A DNA stretch of 64,000 nt from Myxococcales bacterium (lineage in GTDB: Bacteria; Myxococcota; Myxococcia; Myxococcales; JAJYLH01): positions 144,452 to 208,451 of the forward strand of contig JAJYLH010000001.1 of assembly GCA_021787845.1 (NCBI GenBank), given 5' to 3'. The stretch's first letter is position 1. Every line of letters starts with the position of its first letter. Under the pieces are notes generated by a model. That model was not told the DNA's origin, ran no database searches, and worked only from the letters and a program-made list of their open reading frames with translations. Made by a program: the position numbers and the translations under genes. This document shows positions 56,946-64,000 of this stretch, one piece after another.

Positions 56946-57779
56946 ATGGGCGGTTTCACGCAGACCATGGGCAAGACGCCGATTCTCGGGCCAGCGGTGG
57001 TGACCGCGCTGCGCGCGAGAACCGCGCTCAGCTATTACAAGCGTCCGGCCGTCGAGATCGTTCGCTGGCTGGTGCGATCCCGCGAGACCACCAATTTCAC
57101 CTACGACCTCGAAGAACAGAATCGGCTCCATCTCGCCGCTCTCCTCGCCGACCTCTTGAATCTGGAGTTCGAGGGCATCCTCGGCTATTTCAAGGAGCTC
57201 GAAGGCGATGCGGAGCTGAAGACGCATCTGGCGACCCATGCCGCCGACGGCGGTCTCTCTTTCGTCGCGGACCCGGAAGCGCGGTATGGGCGGCGGCTCG
57301 GCTGGTACGCCATCGCGCGGGCGACGAAGCCCCGGGTCGTGATCGAGACCGGCGTCGACAAGGGGCTGGGCGCTTGCGTGCTCACGGCGGCCTTGCGAAG
57401 GAATCTTGCGGAGGGCGACCCCGGGACCTACTACGGGACGGACATCGACCCCAAGGCAGGCTACCTCCTGGCCGGCGCCTACGCGTCGCAGGGAAAGATA
57501 CTCTACGGCGACTCGCTCGAGTCGCTGCGCCGCCTCGAGGGCCCGATCGACCTCTTCGTCAACGACAGCGACCACTCGGCGGAATACGAGGCCGCGGAAT
57601 ACGACGCCATCGCCGACAAGCTGTCGGAAAAGGCGATCGTGCTCGGCGACAACGCCCACTGCACCGACAAGCTCTTGCGGTTCTCGCTCGACCGGGGACG
57701 CCGTTTCGTCTTCTTCTCGGAGCGGCCCGCCCGCCACTGGTATCCGGGAGCCGGCATCGGTATCTCGTTCCGTCGTTGA
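56946..57779 (+). CDS. Class I SAM-dependent methyltransferase (Methyltransf_24/CmcI-like)
   Basis: ATG at 56946. VIETGVDKGLGACVL (motif I-like) and IDLFVNDSDHS (post-II/acidic) are present. 277 aa. Confidence 0.55.
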   Translation: MGGFTQTMGKTPILGPAVVTALRARTALSYYKRPAVEIVRWLVRSRETTNFTYDLEEQNRLHLAALLADLLNLEFEGILGYFKELEGDAELKTHLATHAADGGLSFVADPEARYGRRLGWYAIARATKPRVVIETGVDKGLGACVLTAALRRNLAEGDPGTYYGTDIDPKAGYLLAGAYASQGKILYGDSLESLRRLEGPIDLFVNDSDHSAEYEAAEYDAIADKLSEKAIVLGDNAHCTDKLLRFSLDRGRRFVFFSERPARHWYPGAGIGISFRR

Positions 57780-57873
57780 GGTCAGACGCGGCGGAGTCGA
57801 GTCGCCCGTCCCTCGCGGGGTCCGGGTGCCATCCGATCGAGCAGAGGAAGACGCCCCGGCCAGAAACCGCTGC

Positions 57874-58080
57874 CCTTCGACTGCGCTTAGCGCGGGCCGA
57901 CGCCCGCAACCCAAGCTCGACCTTGGAGACATCGGAATCGTGGCACGGGCGTCCTCGCCCGTGAAAGCCCAGTCGAACCCGCTGGCATGGCAGGTCCCCA
58001 AGCGCTCACGGGCGGGGACGCCCGTGCCACGAAGTCGTGCTACGTGGCGCCGAGAATCTGCGCGCGGCGCGAGCCTTTCG
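57874..58080. repeat. 207-bp composite hairpin repeat, copy B (inverted relative to copy A)
   Basis: See copy A. Weaker similarity continues for about 30 nt beyond 58080 and before 20157. Confidence 0.9.
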
Positions 58081-58356
58081 CAGCTTAGTAGAACAGGGTG
58101 AGCCCTCCAGTGCCCCATGACCCCTTTAGCGCTTTCGTCGGGCAATACCGGTACCTCTGCCCACCTGGGCTTCGCCAAAGACGCAGCCTCATCGGCGGGC
58201 GTGAGCCCTGCCGATGGGCATCACATCCCGATGGCTCGGCGACCGGCTCCGGTGCCGGCTAGCAGCACGCTCACCACGCTGGCCGCGCCCGGCCGACGAG
58301 AGCGCGCACGGACCGAAAGTGAGCGGATGGACGGCGCGATTCGAACGCGCGGCGCA

Positions 58357-58385
58357 TTGACAGCCGTCGTCGCGGGGGCTAGGGT
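58357..58385 (+). promoter_or_regulatory. Putative sigma70-type promoter of the dihydropyrimidinase / pyrimidine-catabolism cluster
   Basis: TTGACA (58357-58362), a 17-nt spacer, then TAGGGT (58380-58385). It lies about 45 nt upstream of ATG 58433 and is followed by an unusual T-rich hairpin, cccgttttcttttttcggg. Confidence 0.35.
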
Positions 58386-58432
58386 TCCCGTTTTCTTTTT
58401 TCGGGCACCCGCGCGATGCCCGGAGGTCGCTC

Positions 58433-59836
58433 ATGCGCACCCTCATCGAGCACGGCACCCTCGTGACGGCGACCGACACCGCTCTCGCCGACCTCCTGGT
58501 CGAGGACGAGAAGATCTCGCTCATCGGCGCGAACCTGCGGGCGAAGGTCGAGCGCATCGACCAGGCGATCGACGCGAAGGGCAAGGTCGTCATCCCCGGC
58601 GGCATCGACGTCCACACCCACCTCGACATGCCCTTCGGCGGCACGGTCTCGACCGACGACTTCGAGACCGGCACCCGCGCGGCGGCGTTCGGCGGCACCA
58701 CCTGCATCGTCGACTTCATCGTCCCGCCGAGCGGGGGCGCCCTCCGAGAAGGGCTCGACACCTGGCACCGCAAGGCGGAGGGGAAGGCATACATCGACTA
58801 CGGCTTCCACATGATCGTCCGCGCGGTGAAGGACGAAACCCTGCGCGAGATGGACGACCTCGTCAGGCACCAGGGCGTCACGAGCTTCAAGCTCTTCACC
58901 GCCTACCCGGGCGTTTTCCTCTCCGACGACGCCTCGATTTTCAAGGCGCTCGTGCGCACCCGGGAGAACGGCGGCCTGGTGATGATGCACGCGGAGAACG
59001 GCACCGCTATCGACGTCCTGGTGCAGCGCGCGCTCGCGCAGGGCAACACCGCTCCCAGGTACCATGCCGAGACGCGGCCGGCGGAGCTGGAGGCCGAGGC
59101 GACCGGCCGGGTGATCGCGCTCGCCGAGACCGCCGGGGCGCCCATCTACGTCGTCCATTTGACCGCGAAGAAGGCGCTCGAGCACGTGCGGGCGGCGCGC
59201 GACCGCGGCGTGCCCGCGTTCGCCGAGACCTGCCCGCAGTACCTCTTCTTGAGCTCCGAGAGCTACGAGGAGCCCGGCTTCGGCGGCGCGAAGTACGTGA
59301 TGAGCCCGCCGCTCCGGGAGAAGTCGGACCAGGAGGCGCTCTGGCGCGGCTTGAAGAACGACGAGCTGCAGGTCGTCTCGACCGACCACTGCCCCTTCAC
59401 CCTCCAGGAGAAGCGCCTGGGCGAGCACGACTTCTCGAAGATTCCGAACGGCGCGCCGGGCATCGAGTACCGGCTCCTGTTGACCTACGACGGCGGCGTC
59501 CGGACCGGGCGGCTCTCGCTCAACCGCTGGGTGCAGCTCATGTCGACCGCGCCGGCGAAGATGTTCGGCCTCTACCCGAGGAAGGGCAGCTTGAGCCCCG
59601 GCGCCGACGCGGACCTCGTGGTGTGGAACCCGGAGAAGACGCTGACGATGTCGGCCGCGACGCACCACTCGGCGGTCGACTACCACCCCTACGAGGGTTG
59701 CGTGGTCGAGGGCGCGCCCGAGGTGGTGATGAGCCGCGGCAAGGTCGTCGTGCGGGACGATCGCCTCACCGGCGAGAAGGGGCACGGCCGCTTCGTCAAG
59801 CGCGGCGAGCTCCAGTCGAACGCGTTGAGCTGGTAG
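58433..59836 (+). CDS. Dihydropyrimidinase / D-hydantoinase
   Basis: 467 aa. GGIDVHTHLDMPFGGT, the carboxylated-Lys context SFKLFTAY, MMHAENG and STDHCPF motifs are typical of cyclic amidohydrolases. Confidence 0.9.
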   Translation: MRTLIEHGTLVTATDTALADLLVEDEKISLIGANLRAKVERIDQAIDAKGKVVIPGGIDVHTHLDMPFGGTVSTDDFETGTRAAAFGGTTCIVDFIVPPSGGALREGLDTWHRKAEGKAYIDYGFHMIVRAVKDETLREMDDLVRHQGVTSFKLFTAYPGVFLSDDASIFKALVRTRENGGLVMMHAENGTAIDVLVQRALAQGNTAPRYHAETRPAELEAEATGRVIALAETAGAPIYVVHLTAKKALEHVRAARDRGVPAFAETCPQYLFLSSESYEEPGFGGAKYVMSPPLREKSDQEALWRGLKNDELQVVSTDHCPFTLQEKRLGEHDFSKIPNGAPGIEYRLLLTYDGGVRTGRLSLNRWVQLMSTAPAKMFGLYPRKGSLSPGADADLVVWNPEKTLTMSAATHHSAVDYHPYEGCVVEGAPEVVMSRGKVVVRDDRLTGEKGHGRFVKRGELQSNALSW

Positions 59837-59898
59837 AAGGCGCTCTCCCGATTGGGAGTAGCAGCGCTCTTGCACTTCAGTAACCGGAGTTGCCCACC

Positions 59899-60678
59899 AT
59901 GAGCCCTGGCGCTCGGCGTTTCGCGGTCCTGCTCGTCCTCCTCGTCGCCATCCCGGCGATGGGCCGGGCGCGAGCGCTCTCGCTCTTCGACAGCGGTGAC
60001 GGTCCCGACCTGACCCGCATCGACCTGACCCGCGGGCTTCGCCTGCTCCCGACCGCGCAGCTCGACCAGGCGTCGGGCTTCTTGCCCAAGGGCCAGCTCG
60101 GCGACGACCCGGTCGACTGGCCGGTCGCGCTCGGCCAGTTCGCGACTTCCGCGGCGATCAACGTGCTGGGCGCCTTCGCCTTCAACTCCATCGCGACCCC
60201 GGGCAAGAACTGGAGCGCCAAGGCGAAGAAGGGACAGCTCATCACCACGACGGTGATCCAGCTCCTCACGCAGCCGCTCGTCTCCGCGACCGGGGTCTAC
60301 TTCGTCGGCGAGGCGGACTCCGTCCACGACGTCGGCTTCGGCTGGCCGCTCTTGACGAACTACGTCGCCGAGCTGGTGGTCGACGCCTTGAAGGTCGGCA
60401 TCGATCTCGGCGCCGCTTCGAGCTCGGATGCCCTCAAACAAGCGTCGGATCTGTTGTCGGCGTGGGTCGCCGTCGACTACGTGCTGCACGCGCTGATTCC
60501 GCCGGTCGCCACGACCTACATGTCCATCCGCAGCCGCGAGCCGAAGTCGATTGCGTTCTCCGAGCTCGCGCCTGTGGTCCCGAGCACCCGGTCCGTCGCG
60601 GACCTGCGGTCGCAAGCGACGCTCGCCGCCGCGCAACCGATGGTCGCCGGCCTGCCCCTCGCAGCCGGCAAGTTCTAA
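59899..60678 (+). CDS. Hypothetical secreted/membrane protein
   Basis: ATG at 59899 is 9 nt after CCGGAG. MSPGARRFAVLLVLLVAIPAMGRARA signal-like N-terminus, plus internal hydrophobic segments. I recognise no family. Confidence 0.45.
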   Translation: MSPGARRFAVLLVLLVAIPAMGRARALSLFDSGDGPDLTRIDLTRGLRLLPTAQLDQASGFLPKGQLGDDPVDWPVALGQFATSAAINVLGAFAFNSIATPGKNWSAKAKKGQLITTTVIQLLTQPLVSATGVYFVGEADSVHDVGFGWPLLTNYVAELVVDALKVGIDLGAASSSDALKQASDLLSAWVAVDYVLHALIPPVATTYMSIRSREPKSIAFSELAPVVPSTRSVADLRSQATLAAAQPMVAGLPLAAGKF

Positions 60679-60692
60679 AGGAGGATCAAGAC

Positions 60693-61988
60693 ATGGACGC
60701 ACGCGAGATCATCGAAAAGCACAACCAGTACCTCTTCCCGAACGTCTCGAACTACTACCAAGAGCCGCTGGTGCCGCTCAAGGCGAACGGGATGATCGTC
60801 ACCGGCGCCGACGGGAAGAACTACCTCGACTTCTTCGGCGGCATTCTCACCGTCTCGGTCGGCCATTGCCATCCGAGGGTGACCGCGCGGGTGATCGAGC
60901 AGCAGAAGACGCTCGTCCACCTGTCCACGCTCTATCCGATGGAGACGCAGGTGCGCCTGGCGGAGCGGCTCGCGCACATCGCGCCGTTCTCGCAGGCGAA
61001 GTCGTTCTTCACGAGCTCCGGCACCGAGGCGGACGAGACGGCCGTGCTCCTCGCGAAGGTGAGAACCGGCCGGCGGGAGCTCATCGCCCTCCGACACAGC
61101 TATGGCGGCCGCGGCGCGGTGGCGCTGAACATGATGGGTCAGGCGCCCTGGCGGCTCGTCGACTCGGAGATTCCCGGCATCAAGCACGCGCACGCGCCTT
61201 ACTGCTATCGGTGCGATTTCCATCTGAAGTATCCGGACTGCGGCCTCGCCTGCGCCCGGGACGTGGAGACGCTGATTCAGACGGAGACCCGCGGCCTCAT
61301 CGCTGGAATGATCGCCGAGCCGGTGATGGGCGTCGGCGGCTTCATCGTGCCGCCCAAGGAGTACTTCGAGATCGTCTCCGGCATCGTGAACCAGTACGGC
61401 GGCCTCTTCATCGCCGACGAAGTGCAGACGGCTTGGGGCCGGACCGGCAAGTGGTGGGGCGTGCAGAACTTCCCGAACTTCACGCCCGACATCCTCACGA
61501 GCGCCAAGGGCATGGCCAACGGGCAACCCATCGGTTTGACGATGGCCAAGGCCGACGTCGCCGACGCGATGAGGGGACTGCTCTCGCTCGCGACCTTCGG
61601 CGGCAATCCGGTCAGCACCACCGCCGCGCTCGCGACGCTCGAGGTCATCGAGGAAGAGCACCTGGTTCAGAACGTACAGGCGATGGGGGCCCGCCTGCGC
61701 GACGGTCTCGAGCAGCTCCAGGGCGATTTCCCGGTCCGCATCGGCGACGTGCGGGGCCTGGGGCTGATGCAGGCGGTCGAAATCGTCAAGGACGCGAGGA
61801 GCAAGGAGCCGGACGCCCCGGCGACCGTTCGGGTGATGGAAGCGGCCAAGAAGCGGCAACTGCTCATCGGCAAGGGCGGGCTCTATGGCAACACTCTGCG
61901 TATCGCGCCGCCGATGATCGTCAACGTCGGGCAGGTCGACGACGCGCTGAAGGTTCTCGCGGACAGCTTCGCGGAGGCGTTCGCCTAG
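60693..61988 (+). CDS. Class-III (PLP) aminotransferase, probably an omega/beta-alanine-type aminotransferase
   Basis: ATG at 60693 follows AAAGGAGGA. SGTEADE, FIADEVQTAWGRTG and TSAKGMANGQPIG (PLP Lys) motifs. 431 aa. Confidence 0.85.
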   Translation: MDAREIIEKHNQYLFPNVSNYYQEPLVPLKANGMIVTGADGKNYLDFFGGILTVSVGHCHPRVTARVIEQQKTLVHLSTLYPMETQVRLAERLAHIAPFSQAKSFFTSSGTEADETAVLLAKVRTGRRELIALRHSYGGRGAVALNMMGQAPWRLVDSEIPGIKHAHAPYCYRCDFHLKYPDCGLACARDVETLIQTETRGLIAGMIAEPVMGVGGFIVPPKEYFEIVSGIVNQYGGLFIADEVQTAWGRTGKWWGVQNFPNFTPDILTSAKGMANGQPIGLTMAKADVADAMRGLLSLATFGGNPVSTTAALATLEVIEEEHLVQNVQAMGARLRDGLEQLQGDFPVRIGDVRGLGLMQAVEIVKDARSKEPDAPATVRVMEAAKKRQLLIGKGGLYGNTLRIAPPMIVNVGQVDDALKVLADSFAEAFA

Positions 61989-62020
61989 CGTCGGGCCGGC
62001 AAGCCGGCGAGGAGCGGCAC

Positions 62021-62509
62021 ATGGGGATCAGGCGAACGTTGCTCGGCCTGGCGGTTGTCGGGCTGGCGGGTTGCTCGTGGCTCGAGACGCCGTGCGCTCG
62101 GGTGGCGGACAGCATCTGCACGATTCCGAGCGAGTCGAGCTCGTGCCAGTTCCTGCGGAACGTGAAGAGCGAGAACGAGCTGGCGCAAAACACGTGCAAG
62201 GATCTCGAGCCGGCGGCGAAGGCCTACGCGGCCGATCCGACGAGCCTCGTCGAGAAGGCCAAGTGGCTGGCCGCGAGCGTCGCCCTGCGCGCCATCGGGT
62301 TCGTCGGAGACAAGACCGCGAGCAAGCCGACGTCCGAGCAGCAGATGCAGAACGCGGCCAACAAGCTGCAGAACGCCGCGAACCAGACGGGCGGCGCGGC
62401 GCCGGGGCTGGGCGACGCGATCAGCAACATGGCGAAGAACGCTGGAAACATCGTGCGCGACACCGCGCAGGCGATTCACGACGAAAAGAGCGCCACCAAT
62501 CCGAAGTGA
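62021..62509 (+). CDS. Hypothetical lipoprotein (162 aa)
   Basis: MGIRRTLLGLAVVGLAGC lipobox. A Cys-containing N-terminal segment is followed by a helical Ala/Lys/Asn-rich region. Confidence 0.5.
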   Translation: MGIRRTLLGLAVVGLAGCSWLETPCARVADSICTIPSESSSCQFLRNVKSENELAQNTCKDLEPAAKAYAADPTSLVEKAKWLAASVALRAIGFVGDKTASKPTSEQQMQNAANKLQNAANQTGGAAPGLGDAISNMAKNAGNIVRDTAQAIHDEKSATNPK

Positions 62510-62516
62510 GGCTCTG

Positions 62517-63788
62517 ATGACGTTCGAAGAGCGGTTCACCGATCTCGTACCGGCGCTGACGAAAGCCGACGCCGTGGCCGCGGCGAGCGCCTGCCTCTAT
62601 TGCGCCGACGCGCCCTGCACCAAGGCCTGCCCGACCCACATCGACGTGCCCGCGTTCATTCGCAAGATCTCGACCGACAACCTGAAGGGCGCCGCGCGGG
62701 TCATCCTCTCGGCCAACGTCCTCGGCGGCTCCTGCGCCCGCGTCTGCCCGGTCGAAGAGCTGTGCGAGGGCGCCTGCGTCCAGAATCGGCTGCGGCACGA
62801 GCCGGTGAGAATCGCGCGCCTCCAGCGGTACGCCACCGACGCGGCGATATCCCATGAGTGGAAGCTATTTGAAAAGGGTCCCATGAACGGGCGGAAGGTC
62901 GCTTGCGTCGGCGCCGGACCGGCCTCGCTCTCGGCCGCGTTCGTCCTCGCGCAGAAGGGTTACGCCGTCACGGTCTATGACGAGCGCGAGCTGCCCGGCG
63001 GCCTCGACACCTACGCGATGGCCGACTACAAGCTGAAGATCCCGGCTGCGCAGGCCGAAATCGAAACGCTCAAAGACCTGGGCGTCACCTTCGTGATGAA
63101 GACGACGGTCGGCCGCGACGTGCCCTTTGCGGAGCTCGAGGCGAAGTCCGACGCGATCTTTCTCGGCATCGGTCTCGGCGGCACCGCGCGGCTGGGCATT
63201 CCCGGGGAGGGCGAGCCGGGCGTCGTCGACGCCTTGAGCTTCATCGAAAAGCTCAAGACGGCTCCCTACGCGCAAAGCGCCTTTTCCGGCGAGGTGCTGG
63301 TCATCGGCGCTGGCAACACCGCCATCGACGCGGTCACCCAATCGAAACGGCTCGGCGCGAAGAGCGCGACCATCGTCTACCGGCGCGGCGAAGAGGACAT
63401 GCCGTGCTTCGACTACGAATACGAGCTGGCGAAGAAGGACGGCTGCCGGTTCGAGTTTGGCGCCAGGCCGAAGCGGATCGAGCGAAGCGGAGATCGGTTG
63501 GCGCTCGTCTGTGAGCGAGAAGGACGGGAAGTCTCGTTCCTGGGCGATCGGATCATTCGCGCCATCGGTCAAGCCAAGCGCCGCGAGATGTTCGACACGC
63601 TCGGCATCGCGCTCGACGACCAAGGACGGGTCCTGGTCGACTCGGCGTCGCAGCGGACCTCGAACCCGCGCTACTTCGCGGGCGGCGATTGCGTCAACGG
63701 CGGCCAGGAAGCGGTCAACGCCGTCGCGGCGGGCAAGAGGGCCGCGGCTGGCATCGACGCGACGTTCGCGCTCCGGCAGGTCGCGTGA
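62517..63788 (+). CDS. preT: NAD-dependent dihydropyrimidine dehydrogenase subunit PreT (glutamate synthase small-subunit-like)
   Basis: N-terminal Fe-S Cys clusters (CLYCADAPCTKACP, CARVCPVEELCEGAC). Dinucleotide fold VACVGAGPASLSAA and a second VIGAGNTAID. Confidence 0.8.
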   Translation: MTFEERFTDLVPALTKADAVAAASACLYCADAPCTKACPTHIDVPAFIRKISTDNLKGAARVILSANVLGGSCARVCPVEELCEGACVQNRLRHEPVRIARLQRYATDAAISHEWKLFEKGPMNGRKVACVGAGPASLSAAFVLAQKGYAVTVYDERELPGGLDTYAMADYKLKIPAAQAEIETLKDLGVTFVMKTTVGRDVPFAELEAKSDAIFLGIGLGGTARLGIPGEGEPGVVDALSFIEKLKTAPYAQSAFSGEVLVIGAGNTAIDAVTQSKRLGAKSATIVYRRGEEDMPCFDYEYELAKKDGCRFEFGARPKRIERSGDRLALVCEREGREVSFLGDRIIRAIGQAKRREMFDTLGIALDDQGRVLVDSASQRTSNPRYFAGGDCVNGGQEAVNAVAAGKRAAAGIDATFALRQVA

Positions 63789-63827
63789 CGCGCTATTGAA
63801 CATCGCCCACTGAAAGGGAGCCACTCC

Positions 63828-64000
63828 ATGGCGGTCGACCTCTCCATCAACCTCGCGGGCATCCGGAGCCCGAACCCGTTCTGGCTCGCCTCGGGGCCGC
63901 CGACCAACGAAGGCCCGATGATCATGCGCGCCTTCGAGGCGGGGTGGGGTGGCGCGGTGTGGAAGACCCTGGGCGAGCCCATCGTCAATGTTTCTAGCCG
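63828..64000 (+). CDS. preA: Dihydropyrimidine dehydrogenase subunit PreA (dihydroorotate dehydrogenase-like), N-terminal fragment; 3' end lies outside the window
   Basis: ATG at 63828 follows AGGGAG. MAVDLSINLAGIRSPNPFWLASGPPTNEGPMIMRAFEAGWGGAVWKTLG is typical of the PreA N-terminus. Confidence 0.8.
   Translation, partial: MAVDLSINLAGIRSPNPFWLASGPPTNEGPMIMRAFEAGWGGAVWKTLGEPIVNVSS

Overview
This is a very GC-rich bacterial chromosomal window (about 70 percent by eye, not computed). Housekeeping genes (sucC, glmU-glmS, hslU, hslV, hemN, leuS, reductive pyrimidine-catabolism genes) sit among many secreted, lipoprotein and outer-membrane genes. Together with dense families of palindromic intergenic repeats, this suggests a Myxococcota-like (deltaproteobacterial) genome; that taxonomic guess is inference only. 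I call 36 protein-coding genes, 2 of them cut by the window edges. I saw no rRNA, tRNA or CRISPR array. Because of the GC content, almost every real gene is shadowed by long spurious ORFs in other frames or antisense, including a 5032-codon antisense ORF. I chose frames by amino-acid composition (spurious frames are Arg/Ala/Gly/Pro-rich), family motifs recalled from memory, signal peptides and lipoboxes, Shine-Dalgarno-like sequences, and start/stop overlaps. No database search was possible, so all family names need HMM or BLAST confirmation. The most notable items are: (1) a single 15.4-kb gene (40850-56260) encoding a 5136-aa protein with an unusual domain order: signal peptide, many DUF11-type repeats, two Ig-like plus OmpA-like modules, and a very large C-terminal beta-barrel-like region; (2) a 9-bp tandem repeat (GATCGGWCN, 4-5 units) at seven intergenic sites, always just downstream of a gene's 3' end; (3) several other repeat families: a 207-bp near-identical inverted pair 37 kb apart, two inverted-repeat (IR)-bounded MITE-like palindromic elements, a 120-bp tandem duplication and a 21-bp x 12 array; (4) several odd gene arrangements: hslV and hslU separated by an opposite-strand hemN, sucC without sucD, a lectin-like gene split from its signal peptide, a small acidic ORF with a GTGA start/stop overlap on an MFS transporter gene, and a bacterial EXORDIUM/PHI-1-like lipoprotein.
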